NCBI GenBank assembly: GCA_020184695.1
Contig: JAANOX010000192.1
Coordinates: forward strand, 49,878-113,877
DNA length: 64,000 nucleotides
Direction: 5' to 3'
DNA from: Histomonas meleagridis 2922-C6/04-290x
Lineage: Eukaryota > Protista > Parabasalia
The position numbers were made by a program, and so were the translations under genes. A model generated the notes under the pieces. It worked only from the letters and a program-made list of their open reading frames with translations, searched no databases and was not told the DNA's origin. This document shows positions 9,768-21,017 of the stretch, in pieces. Every line of letters begins with the position of its first letter. Positions within the stretch are counted from its first letter, which is position 1.

Positions 9768-11351
9768 ATGATTGATGTTTATGTTTCTTCAGCATGTAAC
9801 CTTCCAAGCGCTGATTCAAATGGATTCTCTGATCCGTACGTAGAGCTGTGGTCAGATGAAACTTGGGCTTCCCAGTACCTTGGAAAAATGTATTACGGTA
9901 AAAATAAATATCAAAGCAAGACCTTAGATCCTGTTTGGGATGCAGAATTTTCCAAACCCTTTCAAATCCCCTTTGTTTTATCCAGCTATTTAGGATTTAA
10001 AATTTATGATCATGATACATTTACATTTGATGATTATCTTGGTTATGCCAAAATTAAACTTACACCCGAATCCTGCAATAAAGTTCTCACTTTACCAGTA
10101 GAAACTTCTCACGCTACTAAAGGCCCACCATCACTTACCATCAAATATTGTCCTCCAACCACTAACTTCCCTACAGATCCAAATTACAAGAAATACCAAA
10201 ACATTTATTCATATATTACGTACACGCCAACAGATCCAAGTTATTCTTCTATTTTTCTTGATGCATATATTATCGAATTTTCAACCTCTCTTTTATGTTA
10301 TCCACTTACATTTCATCTTAGCTTCTATAAGACGTCCAAGCTTGCCCATGAACCACATCTTGGTCCAAGTGGTTTAACCGATGTCTTTCGATTTAATATC
10401 AAGAAATTCGACATATGTGTTTACAGTGACAAATGTCTTATATTTTTTGTTGTTACCGCCAAAGATTATTCAGGCGAAGTTACACTTAATTATCTCGGCG
10501 CTCCAAAAGAGCATCGAAATTTTCATGGAAACAAGAAACTCAAAAATCCGGAGAAATATAAAATCATAAACACATCTACAATTCATGTAAATGCAAATGA
10601 GCTCCAAGTTTTCCCACTCGCTTTAGGTTATACCAAAAAGAATTTAACATTTGAAGAAATCCAATTTCAGCCAGCACAAACTATTCAACAACTTCTTTCT
10701 CAAGTTTGTTCATATTATTCATCGAATAAAAGATGTTCATTACGATTAGAAATGACGCCCAATATTCCAATCACATTATCAACCGCATGTCGAATGCATC
10801 AAATCGAAATGCCGAAAAGGATTTGCATCAGTACATCGCCGTGGGCATCCACTGCCTGTTACTGTAAAGTATATACATATAAACAAAGTGAATGCAAATT
10901 TGTCGCAATCGAAAAATTTTGGGCACGACATACGAAAAATGAAAACGAATCAATTGTATTAGCAGGAAGTTATAAGGAAAGATCAAGAAAACTTTTGATT
11001 GATTTGGAAAGATTACCAAACGAAGCGCAGCTGATTCCGATATATGCAACATCGTTTTCAACGATTGATGATGACGGAAATATAACTATATACGAGTTGG
11101 CAAACATTCGCGGCGTGTCGATAAGAATATTGGACGAAAAAGATGGATACGAATTGTTGGATTGTATACCGCCGAAAAAAACTTCGGTCTTGATATTGGC
11201 CGTGCTAATGAGAAACAAGTTCGGAATGTGGAACTTGTACAGCTGTATGAAGCCCGCTTTTTTGGACCCCGATTTCTGTGACGGCTTTATCGATGAATTC
11301 GTAAATGACCAGAAACTGATTTCTTGTTTAATGGAAATGGATGAAATATAA
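9768..11351 (+). CDS. C2-domain protein with TerD-like C-terminal region
   Basis: N-terminal C2 domain (NLPSADSNGFSDPYV…SKTLDPVWD…IYDHDTFTFDDYLG). The C-terminal IDLERLP…IRILDEKDGYEL…LILAVLMRNKFGMWNL resembles TerD. The first ATG is at 9768 (the ORF track starts at a TTG). Confidence 0.7.
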   Translation: MIDVYVSSACNLPSADSNGFSDPYVELWSDETWASQYLGKMYYGKNKYQSKTLDPVWDAEFSKPFQIPFVLSSYLGFKIYDHDTFTFDDYLGYAKIKLTPESCNKVLTLPVETSHATKGPPSLTIKYCPPTTNFPTDPNYKKYQNIYSYITYTPTDPSYSSIFLDAYIIEFSTSLLCYPLTFHLSFYKTSKLAHEPHLGPSGLTDVFRFNIKKFDICVYSDKCLIFFVVTAKDYSGEVTLNYLGAPKEHRNFHGNKKLKNPEKYKIINTSTIHVNANELQVFPLALGYTKKNLTFEEIQFQPAQTIQQLLSQVCSYYSSNKRCSLRLEMTPNIPITLSTACRMHQIEMPKRICISTSPWASTACYCKVYTYKQSECKFVAIEKFWARHTKNENESIVLAGSYKERSRKLLIDLERLPNEAQLIPIYATSFSTIDDDGNITIYELANIRGVSIRILDEKDGYELLDCIPPKKTSVLILAVLMRNKFGMWNLYSCMKPAFLDPDFCDGFIDEFVNDQKLISCLMEMDEI

Positions 11352-11802
11352 ATAAAAAAATTGTCACTTTTGATCAAAAGTGATATTAAATTTGGGATTA
11401 CTAAATGAGATAAATTTTGTTTTGCTTGTGTGTGTTTTATTTTTTTGGAAATGAATCCTTTTTGAGTCTAATAGTTCAAATAAATCTTTTATTAATGCTT
11501 GTTAAAATATTAGACACACTTAATATTGAAAGCAGCATCATGATTTGGAAACAGCTAGAAATTAATAACTTTGGTGGTAAACAATATTCTTTACATGAAA
11601 TAGAAATATGTTAAATCATTATGTAAGACATAATAATGTGAATCTAGTAGACCTACAAATCGTTTAAAGATAATTATTAATGGATTGATTAAGGCGCGGC
11701 GGTTAACCGTTTTCATTCAAAATTTTCTGGCAAACGATGATTGAATGAAGTGATTTGAATAGCATTCAATTGATAACCGCTTATTGCACCCTGTTCACAA
11801 AA

Positions 11803-12918
11803 ATGTTTTTTTGGAGAAGTTCAAACATACCTTATACAGAACCTATTGAGAAACTTTCACTCAACATGCTCAATCTTTTAAGTAATGACTCAGAAAATAC
11901 TGTAGTCTCTCCTTATTCTGCATTTGCAACTTTGATAATGGTTTCATCCATTTTCTCGGAACCTACTCGTAAGCAAATTCTTCACTCGCTTAATATGTCG
12001 GAAAGACATAGTGTTAATAATTTACTTACATCTCTTAAAAATTTGATGGAAACAATTGAACAAAAATCATCAGGAAGTATTGTAGAAGGTGCTAACTCGC
12101 TTTGGCCCAACAAAAAACAAGATGTTGACATGAAAGTTTATGAACCATTGGTCAAATTTCTTAAAATCAATGTGACACCAGTTGAATTCCCACAACCTGG
12201 TTGTGACATCATCAATAGTTACGTTGCCAATCATACGCATGATCTTATCCAAAATATCATTACCACTGAAAATGTACCCGAATCTACCGAAAATGTAATT
12301 GTTAATGCAATTTACTTTAATGCCAAATGGAAACAACCATTCGATGATAAAAGTACTAGTGATGAACAATTCACTCTTTTTGACGGTTCTAATGTCACCA
12401 CGAAATTAATGTACAAAAGAGACAAATTTGAATATGGAGAAGATTCGGAAGCGAAAGTGTTATCCATACCTTATGTCAATGACTTTTCGATGGTTGTTAT
12501 TCTTCCAAATAATAATAACATTGATTCTTTCCGTGCATTAAAGCAATCTCTTCTTAACGGTAAATATCAGGAATACATTAAATTGTTGGAAACACAAAAT
12601 GTTACTGTTAAGTTCCCAAAGTTTGAACACAGATGGGGAACTCAATCATTACGTAATATGTTGGAGCAAATTGGAATTAGAAATATCTTCGACTCAAAGC
12701 TTGAAGAGAAATACGTCGATGATGTATTGCAACAAGTCGTAATTATTGTTGATGAAGAAAAAACTGAAGCTGCTGCTGTGACTGTCACTACTTTGAAACC
12801 AGCAACGTACTTAATCCCTATGAACCCAAAGACTTTCTATTGCGATCATCCATTCTTCTATTTCTTAAGGCATAAGGATGGCACAATCTTATTCGCTGGT
12901 GAATATGTTCACCCATAA
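11803..12918 (+). CDS. Serpin (serine/cysteine protease inhibitor)
   Basis: Motifs NTVVSPYS, IVNAIYFNAKWKQPFD, MVVILP, FPKF, hinge DEEKTEAAAVT and FYCDHPFFYFL…ILFAG. The ATG at 11803 follows TTCACAAAA (Inr-like). Confidence 0.92.
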   Translation: MFFWRSSNIPYTEPIEKLSLNMLNLLSNDSENTVVSPYSAFATLIMVSSIFSEPTRKQILHSLNMSERHSVNNLLTSLKNLMETIEQKSSGSIVEGANSLWPNKKQDVDMKVYEPLVKFLKINVTPVEFPQPGCDIINSYVANHTHDLIQNIITTENVPESTENVIVNAIYFNAKWKQPFDDKSTSDEQFTLFDGSNVTTKLMYKRDKFEYGEDSEAKVLSIPYVNDFSMVVILPNNNNIDSFRALKQSLLNGKYQEYIKLLETQNVTVKFPKFEHRWGTQSLRNMLEQIGIRNIFDSKLEEKYVDDVLQQVVIIVDEEKTEAAAVTVTTLKPATYLIPMNPKTFYCDHPFFYFLRHKDGTILFAGEYVHP

Positions 12919-13362
12919 ATAAAAAGATAATGAACATTAAAATACGATCGTTTTTCTTTAAATTCCATTATAACAATTAACTTTATAATTATATATTATA
13001 GGTTTTACATTAGACGGAAGTCCTTTTTGTTTCACTCTGTATCAACAGCCACTAATTACTTTAACATTTTTCTAAAGTTAAAATACAACATTTTTCATTC
13101 TTCTTCTAAATATAACAGCTCAAAATTATATATGGAATGTTTTGTATGACTTGTTCCTCATTTGCATCACCAACTAAATTAAACCCAATTTGCAAAAAGA
13201 ATCAAATGTTCGCCAACAGATAATTTCGCGATGTTTTATACTGTTTCAAATTCTATTAACGATAATCGATTTTCAGAACAATAATACTCTGAATTCCCTA
13301 TCGGCGTTCACTGATTTTTGATGTTATAAAATATATTTTTTACTAAACAATATAAAATGGCA

Positions 13363-15789
13363 TCACTCATTGCAGAACGCGTATTGCGCCGACTCCTCAA
13401 TGAACTTAAACATCACTTCGTCTCCTTTCAGTGTCACTTTGACTTGATTTCCATCAAATTCAGCATCGACAATGTAAACTCTTCCTCCATAAAATGCGAA
13501 AGCCAAACACATTTCTCCATCTCTTTTAGCCACTACACAAATTTTCCTTTTCTTTAATTCCTTTTCTGCTGCGAAACCCGAATTATTCATTTTAAATGTA
13601 TAAACATATTCACAATCTTTCCAAATCTTCAAATAATCTTTTCTTTTCATTTCGATATCCACAGTAATTTGATGGAAGTCGATAAAATCGGAGAAATAGA
13701 CAATTCCCAATGAAGTTCTTAAAGCGAAATCCAAATAAACAGCACTTGTATTTGGGTCAATTTCACCAGCAAAATTAAAGGGCACCCTAACCTCCAGTTG
13801 ACCGTTAGGCTCTAAAAATTCTGGAAAATTTAACGCTGAAGACACATCAAACTTTGATGCATTATTCTTCACTGCCAATGCGAAGTTACACAACTTCACT
13901 TCGGATGTGCTAATGATTTGCAAGTAATAACATTCCGGATCCCAATAACCATTTAGTTGTAAGAATGTAATGTTATTTCTAATTGGTAAAGGTTTCCAAT
14001 TTTTGGTTTCAATTGATATCCCATCGATTTTATGTTTGGTTTGATGATTATTAAATGAAGAAGGGATTATATGTAAAACACCAGAAGTAGTGCCCATGTT
14101 TTGTAATAATTCGATCAATATATCATCAGAGAATTGTACTGGTGAATTATCAATACCTTCTTTAGGTATATTCATGATTTTTTTAGTGATTTCATTACCA
14201 ATAGTTAATAATCTCCAATATATCATAGCCCTATTTCTTACATCAGGTAAAATGTTTTCTTTAGTTGCTTCATTTAAGACATATTGTAATTGATCACTAG
14301 TTTCATTAGGCTTGGAAATATAAATTTTTACTATAGTTGTAATGATTTGTAATTGTACATTAAAAGGTTCATCATTAAAGTTATCTAGAAATGGATCAAT
14401 TAATACATCAACGTTATCGATTAATTTGGAATATTCACCAAGAATCCAAATTAATGATTGTCGTGCATTAGCATCTTTTAATTGATTAATATTTTTACAT
14501 ATAATTGAAATTGTTGATTCGAATTTTCCAGGAAACTTACGTAACAATTCCGTTAATATGATAATTGCTTCTTCAATAGCGTAATCTGCTTTACCATTAA
14601 CTATTTTAATAAGGATATCAACGCATTTATTATTCACTTGAGGTATTTTCATAGCAATTTGTCCAATACATTTAATACTTTTACGGACAAACTTTACATC
14701 TATTTCATTACAATATTCAATTAATTCCGATAATATAATATTTACATTTTTAACATTACAATTAGTAATAATGATATCTAATTTCTCCATTTTAATATAC
14801 GAAGGATCATTATATTTACAAAAGAATATCCGTATTTCTTTACTTAAAGCTTTCGGATATTTCTGTGAAAATAAACTAAATGTCCGTAAAATTATATATT
14901 GGATTTCTGGTTCAGATGAATTAATTAATGTAATAAGTGGTGGTAATATAATAGGAAATAATTCTTTAGTACTTTTATCACTTTGTTCAATAAATAAATA
15001 AATACATTTAAAAGAACTGACGATAACTGATGCATTAGATGACTTTAAAAATGGTAAAAGTCGTTCAATGATCATCGTCGCTTCTTTAGAATCAGTCGGT
15101 TCATATTGCGCCAACGAATCAAATAATATCGTGCGACACCATTCATTACAATTCGATGTAAGTGAATTTAATATGATATTAATATTCGTATTCGTTAATT
15201 CAAAAATAGACTCCGAACGTTTGGAATTGATTTCGAATATCGCCGCTAATGTGTTAGAGATAACAAGTGGATTATCATCTGCTAATAGATTAATAAGTTG
15301 TGGAAATAATTCCGAATTTTCAACAGCTTCCGGTATGATGTCGTTAAGTTTCGCTACTGCTAAAGACGCCGTCTTACGGACAAATGGATCTTTGTCATGA
15401 AGACATTTCTTTAATGGAATTATCATACTCTCTGCAACACTCTCTATCTGAATACGACTCATTGTACGTATCGACAATGCTCTGATGAATGGGTTAAAGT
15501 CTTCCATGTCTTGAATAAAAGTATTGACGACCATAATTGATTGTTCAGATTCTTGTGATGAATATGTAACTATGTAATGATATACGAGGCGCTTAAGTTC
15601 GATGTCGTCTGTCTTTACACATCGTAACATTGATGAAAATAAATTTCCGACATTTTCACCAGACCGCATAAGTGACACTACGCTCTTAGCAGCTTTCTTC
15701 CTTAACACCGGATCGTTGGAATCTAAGTTCTCACGTAATTGCAATAGTTCATCTTTAACTACTTTTTCCCTCAGTCTTTGATTTTCCAT
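13363..15789 (-). CDS. Adaptor protein complex beta subunit (AP-1/AP-2 beta-adaptin family)
   Basis: Motifs VGNLFSSMLRCVKTDDIELKRLVY, NPFIRALSIRTM, DKDPFVRKTA, FFCKYNDPSYIKMEKL, IWILGEY and PDVRNRAMIYWRLL, plus a C-terminal appendage. Confidence 0.93.
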   Translation of the reverse strand: MENQRLREKVVKDELLQLRENLDSNDPVLRKKAAKSVVSLMRSGENVGNLFSSMLRCVKTDDIELKRLVYHYIVTYSSQESEQSIMVVNTFIQDMEDFNPFIRALSIRTMSRIQIESVAESMIIPLKKCLHDKDPFVRKTASLAVAKLNDIIPEAVENSELFPQLINLLADDNPLVISNTLAAIFEINSKRSESIFELTNTNINIILNSLTSNCNEWCRTILFDSLAQYEPTDSKEATMIIERLLPFLKSSNASVIVSSFKCIYLFIEQSDKSTKELFPIILPPLITLINSSEPEIQYIILRTFSLFSQKYPKALSKEIRIFFCKYNDPSYIKMEKLDIIITNCNVKNVNIILSELIEYCNEIDVKFVRKSIKCIGQIAMKIPQVNNKCVDILIKIVNGKADYAIEEAIIILTELLRKFPGKFESTISIICKNINQLKDANARQSLIWILGEYSKLIDNVDVLIDPFLDNFNDEPFNVQLQIITTIVKIYISKPNETSDQLQYVLNEATKENILPDVRNRAMIYWRLLTIGNEITKKIMNIPKEGIDNSPVQFSDDILIELLQNMGTTSGVLHIIPSSFNNHQTKHKIDGISIETKNWKPLPIRNNITFLQLNGYWDPECYYLQIISTSEVKLCNFALAVKNNASKFDVSSALNFPEFLEPNGQLEVRVPFNFAGEIDPNTSAVYLDFALRTSLGIVYFSDFIDFHQITVDIEMKRKDYLKIWKDCEYVYTFKMNNSGFAAEKELKKRKICVVAKRDGEMCLAFAFYGGRVYIVDAEFDGNQVKVTLKGDEVMFKFIEESAQYAFCNE

Positions 15790-15870
15790 TTTTTTTTGGT
15801 GCGCTGAATTGACTATCTCTGTTAGGACGTAAGGAAAGGGTAAATTTTGAATGGAGGGGTAATTCTTGGG

Positions 15871-16545
15871 ATGTTTGTTGGTGGTGATGAACTTTCTTTT
15901 ATAGAAACACCTTCAAATGAACAATCATTAAAAGGAAATATTACAAGGGAAATGGGTAAGAAATCGAATGTACATGTAGCAGATGCTTCAACGGGTTATT
16001 TTGCATCTATTATTCACGGTGGATTTCCTGATGAACCTTCTTTGTTTGAAGAAATGGGAATACATAATACTAACATCAAAGAGAATTTGAAAACAATATT
16101 GCTTCCAATGTCAAAATCTCAAACAATTGCAGATAATAATTTTATTGTAGGTTTATTATTCTTTTGTCTGTTTGCCGGGGCTCTCCTTCTTTTGGGGAAA
16201 GTAAGGTTCGGAATGGTATATGTAATTGGTATCTCTGGGTTTACATTATTATATTTCTTATTCAAATTCATGGTAATAACTCAAATAGAAGCACTCGGAT
16301 CAACGCTGTTCACAGCATTGTCATACTGTACAATTCCACTTGCGATTTTCCTTTTGTTGTCATTTATCCTAAGACTTCAATCTCCAACCTTCAAAATCCT
16401 TTTCGCAATGCCGTTCATAATTTGGGCCGGCATATCAGCAACAAAATATATGTTACCTGTACTAAATTTGAACGACGCAACGCCATTGATATTTTTCCCT
16501 ATTTTCATCTTCTACTCATATTTGCTTCTTTTACCAATCGCATAA
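15871..16545 (+). CDS. Yip1-family Golgi/ER membrane protein
   Basis: GGFPDEPSLFEEMGI…NL, then five hydrophobic helices and ALSYCTIPL (the Yip1 SxLGYCxLP-like motif). The first ATG is at 15871, head-to-head with beta-adaptin. Confidence 0.75.
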   Translation: MFVGGDELSFIETPSNEQSLKGNITREMGKKSNVHVADASTGYFASIIHGGFPDEPSLFEEMGIHNTNIKENLKTILLPMSKSQTIADNNFIVGLLFFCLFAGALLLLGKVRFGMVYVIGISGFTLLYFLFKFMVITQIEALGSTLFTALSYCTIPLAIFLLLSFILRLQSPTFKILFAMPFIIWAGISATKYMLPVLNLNDATPLIFFPIFIFYSYLLLLPIA

Positions 16546-17757
16546 AACGGATAACTAAACAGACATTTCTATATAATAACTTTTTTTCTGGAATTTTATA
16601 ATTTTTTCTTTTAAGATGCCACGAGACATTTATATCGTTTTGTTGTTAAAATTTGATTTATAAATTATTATTATTAAAGAAAACGATCAATAGCTATATA
16701 AAATAAAATTGTAATTGATGAATATTATACAATTTATTAATAAATTTCGAGTTCTTTTAAATTTTTTAAATCTTAATTAATAATATAATTAGAGAAGATG
16801 TTTCACCAATAGATTCCCTATGATTAAAATATGACGAGACTGGTTACACCCAATGGTAATCATGAAGATATAATATTCTGTGTTGAATAAACAAAGATAC
16901 CGATTGATGTAATGACACAACTTTCCATTTTTTTGGAATATTTTCAATTTATTCAATGTCTCTAATCTATATATAGATTATCTATCACAAATTGTTTTTA
17001 AACTTTTCACTGCTCTACTAAGGCATATTTAGATTTTCACCAATTTCTATTGAATCAAATTCATCTTCATCATTTGTTTCAATATAAAATTGTATCATAT
17101 CAAGAAATGTCGCTTTTCAACTCTTTATGTACATTTGAGGGACCTTTTTTTTTCAAAATAAATTTTATTGCTTATATTTTTATTTTATTTCTTATATAAG
17201 ATATTATTTCTTATATAGTCTGATCCAACAGGTGTCAAAAAATATATTAAAATCCATATGCCTCCTTTATTAGAATTTATTGTATATGATTTATTAGATT
17301 CTTCTAATTGTTCATTAAAATTTATTAATCCATTATTTTCAAGTTCTTCTTTAAGACCCTTGATGAAGAATTGATTAATTATGGGTATCGAAAAGGTCAG
17401 GATTCTGTGTATTCTTATCAAAAAACCATTTACGTTACATCAAACATATTTCACGACAATTTGATAAATACAATTATTCTCTGTATTCAAAATACCAAAT
17501 CTCAATGAATTTGGATGATTCTCATGCAATTATTCTGTTGGATAAATGCTTGTCCCATATCATTCAAGAAATTCTCCAAACTTTCAGTTTATACATTATT
17601 ATTGAAACAATTTTATTCCGAAGAAGAAATAAATCAAAGTGAATTAGCAACAAGAAATAGTGAAAATAGGAAAGAAACCAGGATACAGTTAACTTCAAAT
17701 TAAGGATTATATCTAATTGATTCATATTCTAAAGGAAATTTTGATGAAGATCAGATT

Positions 17758-17761
<4 letters not shown>

Positions 17762-17836
<75 letters not shown>

Positions 17837-17840
17837 GCAC
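17762..17840. repeat. Compound microsatellite (TG)~18(TA)~14 + GTAT repeats
   Basis: Read directly from the sequence; an unbroken purine-pyrimidine alternation of ~79 nt. Confidence 0.97.
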
Positions 17841-17921
17841 CAAAAAGTGTTTCCATAAGAAAGCGAATATTTTTATATTCGCGGTTATGATCGGTGTTGT
17901 GAAACCGTTTAAAATCAACAG

Positions 17922-19265
17922 ATGGATGAAATAGAAAAGAATGAAAACCTTCAGCCAGTTGGCCTTGATTATCAAACAAATAATTTGCTTGGGAGAAAAC
18001 TTGAAGTAGTCACACACAGTAAGGCGGTAATTATTATTTGTCTTTTTTTCATTTCCATTTTCTTTGTTTTTTTGATAATGTTCCTTGGACCATCATACAT
18101 TGTTACCACCTCTGTAGATTTTAAACATGATGATGTAGATATACGTTCTTATAGATATTCTCTTGAGATATCAGAACTCCATTTTTTCCATGATTTTATT
18201 ACAATTGACATGATTTTCAAACTTGCTGACGTTTCCAATATTAATTTTAAGATAACCACATACTTTTATTCATTTATGACCATGGATGCACGCCTTGAAG
18301 AAAAATTTGAAATGCCCACCAAAGAGCTTACAGTTTATTTTAACAACAGTCGCACATCGGATAAGATTAGAATATTTGAAGAAGGACTTGTTCATTTTGA
18401 TCGCATGTCAGCATTTCTCACAATCAGAGTTCCTGACCATATTAGAAATATCCCTACGGAGTTTATCCTTTCGTACGCCGATCCTGCCTTCTCTCTGTTT
18501 CAAGTTTTTATTAGATTTGTTTTATTTGTCATTTCATTTATCATCTTTATTAGTCTTCTTCTATCCGATTTTAGTGTCAAAGAATCCCATATTTCGATGA
18601 AGTTAATGTTTTATCTTGATTTAATCGCAATTGTTGCATCTAATCCTTTATACATTTTGGAATATTTTGTTGAGTCAAACTTCTTGAAAATTGTAGATAC
18701 TACGCTTGTGCAATTTTTGGTTGTGGCAGTGCTATTCACAGCAATTTCTATAATGGAAATGAGGGATAATGCGTACGAAGATTTAAAGCTTTCATGGGTT
18801 CTTAAGCGTTTCATTCCATTTGGGCTCGGGTTTTTGGTTTTTACCGCATCTTCTGTCTACTCAATTTTGTTTTCAGGTATTGAAGGAAATATGGATGATT
18901 CTATGGTCAAAAGCTTTTCAATTACAAAGGTTGTTTTGTTACTTGTTTACATTGTTGCTTTTGTTTTCGTTTCCATTCGTTTCAAGTCTGAATTTGCTGA
19001 AGAAAAGGTTTTGGTAACGGTTTTGGGGTGCCTCATGTTTACGGTTATAACTGTTTCTGAGATAAGGACTATCTTTAGTGAATCTTATGGGAATCATCAT
19101 ATCCTTCTTCTTTACTCTCTTATAGGGGCTGAGGTATATACATTTTTCTTTAACTATATTAATTGGCCTGTGGATATGAGCAAGCTGTCACTCGAAAAAG
19201 AAGATGATCAAAAGAATCCAGAAGATATTGTGAATGAAGGATTAGCAGAGCAATTGGTTATGTAA
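17922..19265 (+). CDS. Multi-pass membrane protein (TMEM181/Wntless-like topology)
   Basis: 447 aa: one N-terminal TM, a ~130-aa loop, then ~7 hydrophobic helices. The family assignment rests on topology only. Confidence 0.55.
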   Translation: MDEIEKNENLQPVGLDYQTNNLLGRKLEVVTHSKAVIIICLFFISIFFVFLIMFLGPSYIVTTSVDFKHDDVDIRSYRYSLEISELHFFHDFITIDMIFKLADVSNINFKITTYFYSFMTMDARLEEKFEMPTKELTVYFNNSRTSDKIRIFEEGLVHFDRMSAFLTIRVPDHIRNIPTEFILSYADPAFSLFQVFIRFVLFVISFIIFISLLLSDFSVKESHISMKLMFYLDLIAIVASNPLYILEYFVESNFLKIVDTTLVQFLVVAVLFTAISIMEMRDNAYEDLKLSWVLKRFIPFGLGFLVFTASSVYSILFSGIEGNMDDSMVKSFSITKVVLLLVYIVAFVFVSIRFKSEFAEEKVLVTVLGCLMFTVITVSEIRTIFSESYGNHHILLLYSLIGAEVYTFFFNYINWPVDMSKLSLEKEDDQKNPEDIVNEGLAEQLVM

Positions 19266-19410
19266 CATTTTTTTTACTAAATGTTTTTTCTCTTGATTAA
19301 CAAGGATTGACGTGTACGAGGAATAAAGACAAACGTTTTGATTAATGAGAAATTTTATGTTTATGTAACATTTGAGTTGGCAAATGAAAACATTTTTTCG
19401 ATACAGTGCT

Positions 19411-20484
19411 TTATTTAATGTCTTTGCGTTTGTTTTGAGTTGATAAAGTAAGTGCTGTTTCAAATAATTTAAATCTTTTCCAAATATTATTTTGAAATAT
19501 TAAAATAATAAAATAAGTCCTAAATAAAATAAATAAATACCTTTAGCATTAATATCAATTAGATTTTGCTCAAGAAGATATTTAACAAGTTCAATATTTC
19601 CCGAAGCTGAAGAAAATATTAAAATATATTTTGGAAATTGTGATTCAAGAAAATATTTAGTAAGAAATATATTCCCTATTTTTGCTGATTCATAAATAAT
19701 ATTATCATTAATTTTCATTCCATTTTTTAACAAAAATAAGAATATTTCATAGTTATGATATGAAATACATTCGATTCCTAATTCTTCAAAATTGTTAATT
19801 TCAATAATTTTTTTTTTTTCCCCCATAAAGATATTTAAAGATATCATTTTGATAAAATTTAATTGCTGTTTTATATGCACTTTTAAAAGACGAATGATTT
19901 TGTTCACATAAATGAATAATTTCAATATTTTCACCTGCAATTGCATATTTTCCTGTATTTGTTACTTTTGCACCATTTTTCTATTTCATCATTTCGAATT
20001 ATTTTTGCTATTTCATTTGGATTATGTTCTTCTTTAATTCACTTCTTATGAAGTTCCCAATTATTCTTTGAAAATTTATCATAATTGTTATTGATTTTAT
20101 TCATGCCGAATAAAGAATTTGCTTTACAAATTTCTTCTCTTGTCATGTAATGAGCAAAATATGATACCTTTTTGTTTTGTAAAACTGTTTGTTAAATCAA
20201 TTAAGTTCAATCATATTATAAAGAAGATAATATGATTCTTGTGTATTTAAATGAAAAAGAAATTTTGCTAACAAGTCGCATATTTTGTATTTATTTTTGT
20301 CTTGATCTTCTAAAAAAGTTTTAACTTCATTTAAAAAATCCAGATATATATCAAAATCTTTAATTCTTATAACAAAAGATGTGTATATCATCTCAATAAT
20401 TATCATATTTGATGATAATGGGTAATTTTCATCGATTTTGTGCTTTATAAAATTTAATACTAGAGAAATATTTTCTTTGTTCAA
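19411..20484 (-). pseudogene. DUF3447/ankyrin paralogue, frameshifted and internally deleted, with one 80-nt intervening segment (19538-19459)
   Basis: Fragments EMIYTSF…DFDIYL, NWELHKK*IKEEHNPNEIAKIIRNDEIE and IELVKYLLEQNLIDINAKG, then the segment, then TALTLSTQNKRKDIK-TAA (19413-11). Confidence 0.85.
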
Positions 20485-21017
20485 ACCAAATATTATTTGC
20501 TTAACTTTAAAGTTTCCAATACACCGTGATTATTTTGGTTTGATTTTTCTATTTTAGAAGACATGTGGAAAATGTTATGTATGTACATACTTAATTATTT
20601 CTATAAACTTTTTTTAAATTATACTTTTCATTTTTTATCATTATTAAAAAGCAATTTAAGTAATTTCAATATTGCATAAATCTTTTTTTGTTTTATCATA
20701 AGAAAGATTATGAATTATTTCATTCTGTTAACAATAGAAAATATTCCAATGATACATAAATGTAAGGAAAGAAAACAAAGCATACAGATGCAGCTGCACA
20801 TGATAAATTGTTTCCTTTTTCGTTTCATTCCTGCACTTTTCTCTGACGGTTTAAAGTGACAGCGTCATGGCCTTCAGCAAGTCATAATTCCACATTAATT
20901 TAAAATAACAAACAGATTTCACTGCACCTCAATCTCATTCTGCACGTATGTTATACAATTTGAGTTTTGCTCAGAATATAATGATATATATTAAGAATGA
21001 TTATTTGATCAATTTAG

